Position numbers and translations under genes: made by a program. The notes under the pieces were generated by a model. That model searched no databases and was not told where the DNA came from. It was given only the letters and a program-made list of their open reading frames with translations. Positions 41,108-55,976 of a DNA stretch of 64,000 nt are shown here, one piece after another. This DNA is from Octopus vulgaris. Taxonomy: Eukaryota. Within the stretch, counting starts at the first letter, position 1. The number at the start of each line of letters is the position of its first letter. Location of the stretch: positions 91,574,001-91,638,000 of the forward strand of contig OX597814.1 in the NCBI GenBank assembly GCA_951406725.2, read 5' to 3'.

Positions 41108-41708
41108 TCATATATTGCTTTTTTGACGTACAAATTGCGACTGAAACACCTCGTTCGTAAAAAGAAATCTAAGTACAGTATAGAACAATATTACTTGGTG
41201 AATTGTTAAAATTTCCTTCCTATAAATACATACCGAGTGAAACAGTAAGCACACCTGATAATTTTATAGTTATAATGATATACACATATTAATGCTTTCT
41301 CAGTGAACGTACACACAAAAATAAACAAGTGGGAGTGAGATAAACAAAACACAAAGAATAAGCAAGCGGGAGCAAGATAAACAAAACAGAAAACAAAATG
41401 AAACAAACCAAAACACAAAGCGAACCGAAACAGAAGACGGGGAAAACGAAATGACCTTTTGAACTTTTAAACATAAGAAAACAAATTAAATATTTAACAA
41501 TGTCTCAATAATATATATATAACATATGTGTGTTTGTGTGTGTGAGAGAGAGAGTGTGTATGTGTGTATGTATATATATATATAGAGAGAGAGATAGATA
41601 GATAGATATATATATATGTATATATATATATATGTATATATGTATATATATATATGTATATATATATTTATATATATGTATATATATATGTATATATATT
41701 TATATATG

Positions 41709-41764
<56 letters not shown>

Positions 41765-42230
41765 AATTGCGCTGAGAGGTAAGCACAGTAACAAAACAAC
41801 AAATAATGAAGAATTTCAAAGAGTGATTAACGGAAAGTACAGGTCAGGATTGGTAAAAATATTTACACCTCCGAACGAAGTGGCCAAATATATATTCTGA
41901 CCTCTCACTCCAATTTTTTTTATTCGCTCTTCGTTTTTTCCCCTCTTAATACTTTCTAGAGAACACCGAAGGTTCGAAGCATCAAAGAATTTTAAATTAT
42001 TTACGAGTATTTTGATTTCTGTAAATTTCAATTCTTCCCGAGTGTTTTGCTTTCTGTAAATTTAAATATATATATATATATATATAATAATAAGGGTAAA
42101 TAATTTCTATAAAGGTTTTTAAAAAAACCACAATTATTTACTGGTAGAATTCGGTATGTAAATATAGCCGATTACCGGCAGGAACTTCTGTAAAGTTCAG
42201 TATATGTATTGTATATAAGAAAAAGGGACA

Positions 42231-42299
<69 letters not shown>

Positions 42300-42301
<2 letters not shown>

Positions 42302-45240
42302 CATATTCAGTTGAATTAGGTACTTAAATTGAGGGACCTTGCCAGTTCGGTATAGTGCGCACAACTGCAAGTCAGTTGAACAGAATGTAAATAAGAACGA
42401 AGTAACGGTGTTAATACATTACGGCCGTATCAAGCGGCTCAATTTAATTGATCAATGAAGATATTGCATTAATTTGAAAGAAACTGCTCTCTTCAGTTGC
42501 AGATGACCATATAGGTTACAAACATAAATGTTAACCCATTTTTAACAAATTTACATTAATAATAGAAACCCAAATAATTACATTGTTTCCATACGTTATA
42601 TATGCGGCAGAATGAGTTTAGAAAATAATGCATGTTTTATTAAGCCTACTACAATTAGAGATTAGCAAAGGAAACATTGTAGGTAGGTGTCAAGATAAAG
42701 GAGTTGTGACGTAGTTATTTATATCTAAAAGATTTTATGCAGCGTGTAGTCTTCAACCATTAAAAATTACTTTATTTTGAATTGTCAACTGTATTCTAGT
42801 TGATGGTGATAAATCAGTTAATGTCGGACAATCTTCCAGACACCCCTTGTACTGGAACTCTATTTCTAGCTTTATCTACATAAAAGTATATTTCACAGAA
42901 CTGCTAGTAAGAGAATGACTGATGGGACGAAGTGGTAACTAGAAGAATGAAGGATGGGTATGACAAATACTTATCTACATTATCAAATAAAAGGGAATAT
43001 AATGAAAAACAAAAGAATTAAGTACTATAAGCTTTCAGAGTGGAAGTTAGAATTGAGGTATACGAAAGGTAGTAATTCATAACTTAGCAAAATTATTATA
43101 TTAAATGGTGAATCTTTAAATCAATATATATATGTAAAAAGGATAGAAATTAACAACAAACAAAATGAGGACAGATATCCGCCAATTGTAAATAATGTAA
43201 ATAATGTACATAATTCCTCATCTCTTAAATATAGAACTGTAATAGAGGGTATGCTATAGATAATATAACTCACCGGATACTTCGTGCTACCAAATCATAG
43301 TATGATATACTTATTATTACTTGCTTCTGAAATATTTGAAGGTATGGGTAATCCTATGAACACATGATATTCTACGATCAAATTTGTTATTAGGTTTTGT
43401 TTATCTCTATATTTGAATATTTCATATATTTCCACACAACACAGTTCACATCCACATCAGCTGAGATCTATGCCCTATATCCCATTTTAGGTTAAATTCA
43501 CTATTGTTATCCTTGAGGTCCCAGATTATCGTAGGTAATGAGGTACTGTTGCCTTTATACCAACAGTAACTCATTACTTCTAAAGGATGAAAAATGGTTA
43601 TTCTAGCGTTTTTAGATATTTACACAGCACCCGGTGAAAATGAAGTTATTAGTTTCTGCCATTATTGTACATTTATGAATGACAGTTTCAACTCAACACT
43701 GGCCCAATGACAGGCATTGGGATCCTCCCTACAATCGCAAATGCGTATGTCTTTATTAGCATTACTTACCCTATCATCAATATTTATAGTGTCGTCATTC
43801 AAGAATTCGTAGAAATATTATTATTATTATTCGAGTTATTATAATAGGTATTATTACATCTATTTATATTAGCCTATTGTTTGGGATTATATGACTAGAT
43901 AGTAGGCACTCAACCTGTAACCATAGTATTTAGGATATTTGGCGTATCATCTACAGTTTATTAGCCCTGTTATCTATGTTGACTGCATTGTTACTAGCTG
44001 TGAGTGCGTTCTCAGTATTATCCATGATATTATTGATTCTTACACATCTACTATCATTAGAACCAATATTAGCAGTTAATCCACAATTACCACTATCATT
44101 ATCAATCTCGCAGGCGGTGGAATATGAGATTCTGATTCTCATACGGGAGAAGCATTTGCTATACTTATGTGAAGCTGGGAAGTTTTTCTCCAAAATCGTT
44201 ATAAATTTATCATATTTATTAATAGAGATTGCTTAAATGAACGGAATGTTATACCAGGCCACGTTATGATTTTTAGTTTTCTTATGTTTATGAAAGCGGT
44301 TCCTATCAGCCCTTCTATTACTTCTCCAACATCCACTTTGATTATTTATTACATTATCATTATCAGTATCTATGTTATTATTAGATTTGGCGTCATCCTT
44401 CTCATTCTTATCCTCGCATTATTATACATGTCTTAATAGCTTTTCTCATTTATTAAAGTATCCCATTATTAGGTTTTAAGTTTAGTTTCTATACTTTTTC
44501 TATATGTTGATTTAAGATTTCTCCATTTAATATGATAAATTAGCCAAGTTATGAATTACTAGCTCACGTATCCCTCAATTTTAATTTCTACCCTAAAGTT
44601 TATATTACTTATCTCTTTTGATTTTAATTATATTCCATTTTATTTGATAAGCTAAATAAATATTGGCGATCCCCATTTTCCCTTCTTCTAGTTAACACTC
44701 CTTCCCCATCAATCATTCTCTTACTAGCAGCTCTGCGGCATATACTTTTATGTAGATAAAGCAAGACATATGGTTCCAGTACAACGAGAGTCTGAGAGAT
44801 TGTCTGAAATTAATTGATTTATCACCATCAACTAGAATACAGCTGACAGCTCCCAGTGGATTTCCTTCTAAATGGTTCAAGACTACATGCTGCATAAAAT
44901 CTTCTAAATATAAATAATTACGTCACCATTCCTTTATCTTGACCAACACTATTTTTCCTCTGCTACTCTCTCAGTTATAGTAGGCTTAGTATGATATTTA
45001 TTATTTTCTAAACTCATTCTGCCACATATATAACGTAGGGGAACAATGTATTTATATTGGCTTCTATTATTATTTAAATTTGTTAAAAATTATTTATCCT
45101 TTGGGTTTGAAAACTATATGGTAATCTTCACCTGAAGAGAGCGTTTTTTTCAAACTGATGCAATGTTTCCATTGACCAATTAAATGGAGATGCTTGAAAC
45201 GGCCGTAATTTATTGACATCTGTACATCCTTATTACTTAT
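42300..45240 (-). mobile_element. Old PLE with inverted pLTR arms and hammerheads
   Basis: Diverged inverted arms are about 42410-43100 and about 44500-45215 (for example ctgtattctagttgatggtgataaatca / tgatttatcaccatcaactagaatacag). The central minus-strand remnant reads VAWYNIPF...LEKNFPASHKYSKCF...RISYST and IHKC...IIWDLKD...KWDI...CELC. HHR motifs are at 45132-45207 (+) and 42420-42496 (-). Confidence 0.85.
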
Positions 45241-45266
45241 TTACTCTCTCTCTCTCTCTCTCTCTC

Positions 45267-45346
<80 letters not shown>

Positions 45347-45384
45347 TGTGTGTCTGTGTGTGTGTGTGTTTGTGTGTGTGTCTA

Positions 45385-47760
45385 CTCCTTAATCAGAGTT
45401 TGACCATCTTCTGTACCTACATCTTAGAACCATCATGGCACCATATGTGGATTTTAAAGCCAGACAATGTTCTGAAAAGACACCCACACAGATTGGACAT
45501 CCGATTTGGACAATCAAGAATTGCAGATAAGTTCTCATCTTTGTGGATCTTAAAATGTCTATTGAGGTCTCCGTTAGATTTGCAAACCTTCTGGCATGCA
45601 CTGCATTTAAAGGTATGCACAGATATATAGGCACAATAGTTGGTGGAGGTTCGTTTTCCATTGGTTCGCCAATGAGAATTAAAACCCAGCAAAAGAAAGG
45701 CATAGTTTATCACTAATTGTGCACACAAAGGAAGGTCATTGGATTTCACATTCTCGATCATAACATTATTCCTTAAATCTCTTTTGAGTTTTGCATGCGT
45801 TACCCTGGCCTCTTCAAACGCTTTCACACCACTCCACACTTTTGTTCGGCATCCAGCTCGATCCAAAACAAGAGTTTTATCTCCTTTGCATCCATTCCAA
45901 GTGACTTCATATTAGTCGTTACACCGTCCTTAAACCTTATTTTAGGTTTATGCCGACAGTGTTTCCCCTCTGAAGGCTCACCATGAAACAGCTGTTTGGA
46001 CATGCCTTCATTCGCGATTCGAATAATACGTCCACACCATCTCATTTGGTTTCCCCAAATCATAGCTTTAATTGAGGTGATGCCTGCTGATTCAAGGACA
46101 TGTGTTTGGAGTAGAAGAACTTCATTTAATGTATAAAATGCGATGAAGGCATTTTTGGTGGAATTGTTCTAACAATTTAAAATGCCTTTCATAACAAGTC
46201 CATGTTTCACAAGAATACAGCATGGATGGTAAGACAAATGATTTGTAAAAGCCAGCTTTGTATTCTTATTTATATGTTGCTGGCGCCAAACCCATGACTC
46301 CAAGCCACCAAATCCTTTTGATGCCCTTTGAATTCGCAGATGTATTTCTGTATCAAGATTTCTATTATTTTGTACAGAGCTTCCAAGGTAGACGAACGAA
46401 TCGACAACCTCAAGTAATTTTTCCTTAACATAAATTTTATGGAGGTTACAAACAGCACAACACGCAGGTTGATGCATTACAACTGTGATTTTCAAGTCGA
46501 TGATAAAGCCAAAATCATCACAAGCTGAGTCAAATGCAGATACAGGAGATTGCAATAACCTCCTTCAGATTGACTGACAAGATCGCAATCGTCAACGTAT
46601 AAAAGTTCCCTAATGAGTGAGGTAAAAATATTCGTATTGAATTTCAATCTGCTCAGATTAAAAACATTCCTTGTTGTTCAATATTGTATGTAAATACCTT
46701 CCTCAGAGTTTTGAAAAGCGTGTGAAACACAACAGCAAAGTATATTGCAAAGAGGGTGGGTGCATCAAGCTCTCCTTGCTTTACGCCATTTTCCACGGCA
46801 AAAGATTCAGAGAGCCTACCAACAAAGTTAACTCATATCTTGATGCAAAGCCATGATCAGGTTTACAAACTTTTCTGCGCAACATATTTTCTATTGAATT
46901 CACCACAGAGCATTTCAATTAACAGTATCGAATGCTTTGCTGAAATCAACAAAGCAATGGCATAGAGCAAGATTCTGTTCACTGCACTTTTCTTGCAATT
47001 GCCTCATAGTAAAGATACAGTCAGCTGTGCTCCTGGAGGAACGAAAACCACACTGAGACTCAGACACTATACTTGGAACTATGAAGGTATTTAAACGTTT
47101 TAACAGAATGCGGGCAAGTACAGTTCCAGACACAGGAAAGCGAAATCCCACGAAAATTACCACACAGATCCTTTGACCCCGACTTATAAAAGGATACTAA
47201 AACGGCATCAATTCAGGCGTGAAGCACTTTCTCAGTTCTCCAGCAGTGACAAATTAATTTATTTAAGAGATCAAATATTTTGTCACTACCATATTTTAAG
47301 ACTTCTGCACACATTCCATCAGACCCTGGAAACTTATTGTTATTCAGTTTGTTCCCAGCTAAATAAATGCCATTTAGAGTTGGTTCAAATGCCATTTCTT
47401 CTATAACTGGAAGGTGTTCGATTTTTTCTATCGTCCTCATGTTAGCGGATGATCGTCTATTCAAAAGTGAAGAAAAATGTTCTAACCAGCACTTATGAAT
47501 AGAAGCGGTGTCAGTCAGAAGCAAACGTCCATTTGCTGTTCTCACTGGAGCTATTGAATAAGATTTTGGGTCATATGCCTCCTTGACATAAGAGCAGAAA
47601 CCCTTGGCATCATTTCCATCAGCTGCTTCTTGTGCGCGTTTTGCTCTATCATTCCACCATTCCTTTCTGCACTTTCCCTTTCAGCTTCCTGTAAGCCTCG
47701 TTTGAGTTGGGGTTCAAGGACTGAGAAAGAAGTGTATTGCCTAAGTTTTGTTTTTCTAAA
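45385..47760 (-). mobile_element. Decayed RTE (BovB-like) LINE
   Basis: Fragments read ESQCGFRSSRSTADCIFTMRQLQEKCSEQN...FVDFSKAFDTVN, LLY.DD, LEVVDSFVYLGS, QMRWCGRIIR, and C-terminal C2H2-like fingers. There are many frameshifts. Confidence 0.93.
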
Positions 47761-47809
47761 AGGAGATCATGATAAAATCATCGATCGTGTTTACTACAGT
47801 CAACTGGTT

Positions 47810-48487
47810 ATAAATTAAATAGCCAATGCTATAAGCCTATCCATTGAGAGAGTTAAGAATATTCTGCACAATCAACTTGGCATGATGAAGGTTTATGCTA
47901 CGTGGATGCCACGTCTTCTGTGACATCTGATCGAAAGCGCACCAAGCTAATCACAACGCAGGAACATCTGACACTGAGGTAAATCCTGCTGGTTTCCTCG
48001 AACAGTTCTTAACCCAACCTTAGTGTTGGGTTGATCACTTTGAGACAAAGCCATAATCCTTGCATTGGAAACACCCACTCTCCCATCACCTGCTCCAAAG
48101 AAAGCCAAGGTTTTATCTACAGGGAGGGTGACAGCCTTGGTATTTTGGGATGAAAGACTATCTTCAAAAGAGCCACACAATCAATGGAATGTGCTATGCC
48201 AACTTGCTAAGGCAGTTACAAAAGGTTATCAAGAAAAAATGCCCAAGTAATCTAACGAAAGTCGTCTAGTTTCATAAGAGCAATGCTCCAGTACAGAAGT
48301 CCTTGCTCTCAATGTCTGTTGTCCGCCACTTTGCACTTGAAATAGAAGACCAGCCTCCCTATTCCCCTGATTTTGCCCCATTATCAGCTCCCCATCATTG
48401 TTCCCTTGTGTGGGACAATGTTGAAAAATGAACCTCATTTTGTTACCTTCCATGCTCAGCCTACGAACATTTTAGTCAACCCTCCTA
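47810..48487 (+). mobile_element. Decayed mariner transposon
   Basis: Fragments read ILHNQLGMMKVYATWMPRLL (WVPxxL motif) and PPYSPDFAP. A mariner-like terminus lies near 48485. Confidence 0.8.
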
Positions 48488-49209
48488 ATAGAAGCAATAC
48501 TTTACTCACCCATTTATATAAACTTCAAACTCCTAACAGCTATGTTAAATGATATAAACGTTCTAATGTAGAAAATGAGAATAAAATAAAATTGGAAATA
48601 GGCCAAAATTAACTAAACCAATAAAGGTCTGAATTCTCTGCCATTTACTCAGGCACATTTAACTGTAGAATAGCCATTTACTGTCCTTTCCAAGACATGC
48701 TCCCATTAAGCAATGCAATATTTAAATGTAATGACGTAACGTTGAATGACAATAGATATTATACACGTTCCACAAGAAATACATTTCAGCGCTGATATAT
48801 TTGCGCATCTAAATACTTTTAATAGTAGAACATTATGTAATGCAACTTCTCGGCAATACATATTGCTGGTTTTAGACAGCAACGTGTAGTAAGAGGAAAT
48901 AAAGAACATTGTAAATTTGAAGATTAAAGGGACGAGCTTCGAGATGAAAGAATTATTATTTAATCGAAGGAATTCATTATTTCATCTAAACATAAATCCG
49001 TGAAATCTTTTCCTCTTGATCATAATAGCACCAAAGAGAAATATTTTATGCACAAAACGAAATAATGTACAATGTTTGCCAATCACTTTGGCATACTCGC
49101 ATACACTGCAAAGACAGTAATTTGACACTCGTATGCATGTAAAAATAGGCTGGAAGTATGTGTCATTGATGATTATATTGTGTGTGTGTATGTGTGTGTG
49201 TGTTCGTAT

Positions 49210-50385
49210 GGTGCTATCTCTTTTCGTCCGGCGTCACTTCGTCCAACGTCACTTCGTCCACGTCTTTTCATCCGACGTCTTTTTGTCCAATTTTAAATAA
49301 ACTCTCTAGAAAAAAAGGTGAAATATCTCTAATGATATATACACAGAACTATAACGAGCCTTATTGTAGGCTTAATATTATCGCTCTTTTTCCTTGTTTG
49401 TTAACGTTTTACTCCCTCTTTTTCTTTCAGTCTCTTAAGTACGGTGCTGAGTATAGGGAGTGCTGCAAATTTAGTGATCACATTTTTAATTTACCCATCC
49501 CGAAATGACAAAGTTCATAGTATCGACCAAAAACAAAAGAAAAATAGTTGAAAGTAATTACAACTACGATTTTAATTCAAAACAATACAAAACTAGGAAA
49601 AGAATGCTGGAAATGTGAGAAAATAATATTACGTTCAGTGCGAATTTACACTGTAACGGAAAACAATGAGCCGAAAATTATTTATTTTGCTAGTGAGCAA
49701 TTTCCTCCAACTGATGTAGATTCGTTAAATGCTAGAAAAGCAGTTGCAGAAATAAAGCATGAAGCGGTGGAAAACATAGTAGCAAGTTCGCGTGGTTTGA
49801 TAGCAGCAAAGTTTACGCAGCCAACAAAAGATACTTACTGACACCTTCCACGTTTGCCCGTACTTTCCAGGTTTATTCAAAGGTATCGTCTAAAATTTTC
49901 TGGATTTCCCGGTAATCTTGGGGCTAGAACTGGTTTCGAAATATCTGAAGAATATTATAAACTTGATAATGGTGAACAGTTTCTGAGATACGATTCGGAT
50001 ATCGAGGATCAACAGCGCATACTAGTATTTGCAGCAGAAAATTCTCTTCGGTATATAGCATCCTATCGTCGTTGGGCATGTAATAAATAGTATATTCAAA
50101 ACTGTGCCAGATCAGTGGTTTCAACCGTTTAGCATTCATGTACAAGTTAACGCTAACAGTTTGCCAATGGTATTTGCATTACTGCCGAATAAAACAAAGC
50201 AGATATATGGATAACTTTTCGAGCAACTGAAGCTTATGCAACCTAATGCATATACGCTTTATCTCATGGCATGTTTCGAAGTTGCAGTTCACAAGGTATT
50301 TAATTCATCATTCGCTAATTCATTTATCGTTGCATGTTTGTTTCATTTAAGCCAATCAATATTTCGAAAAATGTAGGTTTAGGTA
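49210..50385 (+). mobile_element. Decayed MULE (Mutator-like) transposon
   Basis: Subterminal cgtcacttcgtcca repeats lie at 49225-49290. Fragments read GEQFLRYDS..RILVFA...FKTVP...LPMVFALLPNKTKQIY...FEVAV...ACLFHLSQSIFRK. Confidence 0.88.
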
Positions 50386-51797
50386 TAGTGGAAATGCAAA
50401 CTTCACCACAGAGAATATGACTGAGCAGACTATTTTCCGAAACAATCTAGAGAGAATTGAAAATGTATTAGTGGCTTTATAGTTTTGAAGAGTTGATATG
50501 CTAGGGAAAATTTGAAAATCTGGTGATGTGCTTTGATAATAAAGGTACAAAGTTTACATTTCAAAATATTTACGAACATACCCATTTACAATATATAGCA
50601 CTCCTTAGTTCACTTAAATTTTAAAATAATTTAAAGAAACATGTGGCTTCATATCGTTGATCACCATGTGAAGTGAAACATACGGAAGATGGTGTAACTA
50701 AATGTCTTACCACAATTTTCTTATGATTTTCTTTTGTTTTATCTCACATACACACAGACACACATTCACTTCCTCAAACACACATATATAAATTGTATAT
50801 TAATATAAATTCTCTTATAAATATATAAACATATAAGTAACAATATATATATATATATATAGTTATGTATGTATGTATGTATGTATGTATGTATGTATGT
50901 ATGCATGTATATGTTTGTTTTTATATATTACATCACAAGCAAGCATGCTGATGTGCTTTCCAGTGTCATTTTCTTCATAAAAATTATATGTTGCAGTTAT
51001 ATTATTAGTAGTGCAGAATGTTAGTATTCATATAATGTATTAACAGAATATATTCTGTATAATACATAAGTGTATTCAAGTTAAAATACCTATATGGCTG
51101 CTATACTGGTAGGAATCTTACTGCCTTTGTTTACTCTCCATATGCATATATACACATATATATATGTGTGAGTTTGTCTGCCTGCTTCTATGTATATACT
51201 TCTATATACGAAAGTATGCATATATGTATGTATATGAATGGATGTGGATGGGGAATATATATATGTGTTCGTATGTGTGTGTTTGTGTGCGTCTTTGTGC
51301 GCGTGTGTACTTGAGTGTTTGCATGTCTTTTCTGTATCTGTGTGTATTTGCGCGCGCGTGTGTGTGTGTGCGTGTGTGAATGGATTATGCATCGTGAGTG
51401 AACATGTATCTATCGAAGTTTACTAGCATGTAATATATTCATAAAATTACTTTCCGAGATATGTCAAATAACAAAATTTGAAATATATTTTGAAGACTAA
51501 TAGAAGAATCAGGAAAATGCAAAATAAACATGTATCGACACGAAAAAATAAAACTTATAAGAAAATGTTTATTAGAAATAGATAATGAAGCGAAAATACT
51601 GAAATACGTTTATTTACATAGATACTTGTGATTTATAAATATACGTAAACCAATACATAGAAAATAAAAAGAAGCAGGAAAGCAGTGTAGCATTAAATAC
51701 TTGTTTAAGCTTATGAAAGGTATAAGCTTCCAACGAAAATATTCGAAGAGTATGACTCTGCACAAGTCTAACAATTTAGAAATTACTTTTTTATTTA

Positions 51798-52077
51798 TGC
51801 GCCCTTTTTCAAGCCTAGCCAGGCTCATGGGCCCGGTTTCCCGATTTCTGTGGTGTATGTGATCCCCCAGCTGGACAGGAGGCCAGTCCATCGCAGCGTT
51901 ACTCAAGAAACAGGAAGAAAGAGTGAGAGAAAGTTGAGGCACCACCACCCCTGCCGGAGCCTCGTGGAGCTTTAGGTGTTTTCGGTCAATAAACACACAC
52001 AACGTCCGGTCTGGGAAACGAAACCGCGATCCTCCAACCGCGAATCCGCTGCCCTGACCACTGGACCATTGCTCCTC
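51798..52077 (-). mobile_element. tRNA-derived SINE with a V-domain-like core
   Basis: The head is GAGGAGCAATGGTCCAGTGGTCAGGGCAGCGG...GGTTTCGTTTCCC. The body contains ctgcgatggactggcctcctgtccag, resembling the V-SINE core. Confidence 0.8.
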
Positions 52078-53997
52078 AATATAAACAATTATATAATACA
52101 CAATAAATGCACAATATAAATAATTACAACATTAAACTACACGGGCCGAAGTCGACGGTCGAAGTAATCTTTATAGTTGCAAACTATAGAATTTGACGCA
52201 TAAATTGAACTCGATTCTTTGTGATGGCATCACAAACTGATGCACTGCACTTTTACTCACATGCCAATCACCCATCAAATTCCCATCAATCATGTTGTAA
52301 AAATAAATCATCAAGGGGAGATATGCTATATTCTCCAAAGAAATTATCCCTAACAATGGTGCTGTGAATTACAGTAGGACTTTGAAATCTAGCTTAATCA
52401 ATAAATTTCTATTCTCTACTATACCACATAGAAACTACTCTAAAACGTTGAGAGAGAAATTGTTTGTTATATTTTGTTATAAGTTATCATAATCTTTAGT
52501 ATAAAACTGATAATGCAATTTTGTTTTCTCTGAAGCAGGAAAACCTTTCAGGAAATGCCATCAATTCCATATGTTTAAAAACCAGCATCCAAATTGAAAT
52601 ACAACAAAACAACTGAAGCCAAGAATTCAAAATGTAAAATCACTGTAACGAAGGGAATCGAAATGTCGAGACAAAAGTTTTTACATTTGAATGGATAAGT
52701 ATCCAGAAATAGATAATATTATATGACATGGTCTATGCCAGCAACACATTAACAATCTATACAAGACTTATAGAACAATCGTCGTACTGTCATATACACA
52801 ACAACGACAACCAGTACTGTCGCCACCACCTTGAAAACTGAATGTCGCGTGTAGTCTATATTTGAGTAACAAAGGTTGAATTACATACTCGCGGTTATTT
52901 GACTGGTAAATACAGCTGCTGTTGATTATAGTTGCATGCAGAGTAAGAGAGAGAGGGAGAGAGAGAGACATACGGGAAGAGCGCCGCTTCTACGTTTATA
53001 TTTTATCTTGAGAGTCATTCTCCTATCAGTAAAAGGAATTAAGGTTCCATATTTCCATAAAATCTTTTATTAGTTATTCATGTAGTTGCAGATAGCACCA
53101 TTTCGCTTTTATTTTTGGCTCGTCAGCACAGATTAACTTGAGAACTTGAAACTAGTTGATCTATAGTCATTTAAAAGATTTCAGAATTGAATATCAACAC
53201 TTTCCTTTTTTTCCCTCCTTTTAAGAGAGGGGAAAGGAGCAGAGAGATAGAGGAAGAGAAAGGATAGCCTCATATTCCTTTAAAGTTAAAATTAAAATTA
53301 AACATAAATTTGATCGCTGCTTCTATTTCCCTTATCGTTAATACTGGAGAGAAAATGGAGAGGTAGAGAGATGTAGTGATAGGTATTGAGAAAGTCTGTT
53401 TCATGTTTTAGTTTTCGCCTTAGGAGTATGCTGTTTTATACCCCATTTACCTTTCTCCAATACGGATCTTCCTTGTGTTAGGCCCTTCATGTAGATAAGC
53501 TTTACGTTTGCTTTGCAACACAAAAGAAGTTTTAAAAAAGGAAAAATGAAAATGGGAGACGAAACAGCGGCGGCAGCAGATCAGTGCCCAACTGCTGCCG
53601 CTCGCCGCGACGGCTGGGCAAAATAGACGGGTGCGAAGGTGACATCTCTGTCGTATTTCTTTGTTACTTATACGATCAAGATATATTAGGATCAGTTAGC
53701 GATCATAAGCGCTTGTAAGTGAAGTCTGCATGTGCGTCTATATATGTGTGTGGTGGTGGGGATGAGGGAGTTGTGTGAGTGTATTTGTGTCCATGTGTAT
53801 GTGTGTGTGTACATATAGATATATGTTTGTGTACATATAGATATATATACACAAACACATATATGTATATACGGTGGGATTCTTTCAATTTTCATCTACC
53901 AAATCCACCCAGAAGGGTTTCATTGACCCGAGTATATACGTAAAGAGAGAGAGAGATACATAGGTAGACATATATAATGATAGATAGGTAGATAGAC

Positions 53998-54082
<85 letters not shown>

Positions 54083-54885
54083 TAGAAACACTTATATACA
54101 TACACATATACATACATACGTACATGCATACATACATACATTTATTATGTTGGTATTGAGGGTAACTTTCTAGGTGCAATCCCATGGTCATTCATGACCG
54201 AAGGGGGTCTTTACCCTTTATTACAATATCATAAACATGTCTGATATAACCTTACGCCAGAAGTGTATAGAATTTTATATATGCATGTCATGATATATAA
54301 ATGCAGATTCCGTTATCCAATCTTGGACGTGTGTAGTCGATGGAACTTTCATTTCAGTAAGTTTTAGATTAATAAGATAACTTTAGGCGATGTAATCAGA
54401 ATAAATTTGGAGTTGTCGTATCTCTTCATGCATGTATTTTTCCGCCATTGAGTTTGAAAATCTTCACTCATCATAAAAACCTTCAGAATATGTTCGTCGG
54501 CATTAGCAATGTATAGACATTAGCAATGCACACACACACATGAAAATTAGAAAATGCATGACAAAATTACTTACGAAGAGAAACTATATGTAAAACTTCT
54601 TATATTTTAAGGCATTCAATTTTAGCATAAATTTCATTTACTGTGTGAATTAGGAAACCAGCTATCAGCCGTCATTTCCATTCCTCTCTCATTCCCCCAC
54701 TCTCTTTCTGTCTCTCTCTCTCTATTTCACTCACATGTATACACACATATACATACGTACATACATACATACACACACGCATGCACACGCATGCACACGC
54801 ATATATGTATATATGTTGATTCGTTAGTTACTGCACGCATTTTTTTTCTCTCCTTCTTTCTGTGTTTTTTTTTTCTCTCTGTGTA

Positions 54886-54923
54886 TCTTTCTGTTGAAGA
54901 GCGTAGGCTTGAAACGTTAAAGA
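54886..54923 (+). ncRNA. Very small hammerhead-like motif within a short repeat element (about 54815-55027)
   Basis: The motif is tcttt-CTGTTGA-a-gagc(gtag)gctt-GAA-ACGT-T-aaaga. A6 is replaced by U, so it is probably inactive or variant. Confidence 0.6.
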
Positions 54924-55976
54924 CTTGTTTTATTTATATTTCCTGAGCGCCATACTAATACAATTGTTTGTTTGTTTTCCACCTGCCTTCGTCTTTTGTC
55001 TATTTTCATAAAGCTTCCCGTTATATACAGCTTGGCACCAGTGACGTCGCCACCCATTTCTATATGTGAGCGAACCGGAGAACCGTGAAATAATGCATTT
55101 TGTTCAAGAACAAAACCTACAACCCTGTCCGGGAATCGATCTCACTCCTTCATTATTGTGAGACCGAGGTTCTAACCTCTTGGGCATGCTCTTTCACAGT
55201 TGAGAGTAGTACGAGTGTAAGGAAGCTGCATTGCGAATGGGTAACAGTCAAATATATTGACCTGTTATTGCTTGGAACCTGTCTCGGCGACTGTAGAAAG
55301 ATAAATCGTTACATTGGCTCAGGGTTTCTCAAGCATTTTTTGTCTATGGACCCCTTTGATTACCACTTCATTCTGGTGGACCTCCGTAGCCATTCGATGT
55401 TTAAAAACTAGCGTTATAGAAACGTCTTTCAAAATCCCTATTTTGTTTTTCACTTATTTACCTGCGTTGGTTGAACTATGTGAAACATTAGAGAAAGAAA
55501 CCTGTTTCTTGCAATACATACCAAAACATAAATCTAAAGCAAAATTTTTTCGGGTGTTATTAGAATACTATTTTGGATCCCCAGTTTACTATTTTCTTGC
55601 GTGGACCCCAAAAATCACTGCGTTATCAAATATTTCACTATTTCTAGAGATTTACTCTAGTATTGTTTTTCATTCTACTATAGGTACAAGGCCTAAACTT
55701 TTGTGAGGAAAGGGTTACTCGGTTACATAGAACGTAGTGATGGTATATATTTTATCGATCGAGAAATGATGAAAGACAAAGTTGACTTTGGCGATATTTG
55801 AACGCAGAGCTTAGAAGGCCGGAAGAAACACTGTTAAATATTTTGTTCTACACGGTAACAATTTCAATTTCAACTCTCCGTTTTGCAACTCACTCAAATA
55901 ATTCTTTCTTTCTACAGTAGGGAAAAGACCAGGAAGTATGTGGAAAATTGAATCAAGTAATCAGCTAGTTGTGAAA

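Noticed and set aside
52171-52356. Candidate upstream GPCR exon with a strong gtgagt donor at about 52260
   Set aside because: The translation (…GNLMGDWH) does not resemble the expected ECL2/TM5 sequence. Similar donors near 48510, 54575 and 57465 also failed.
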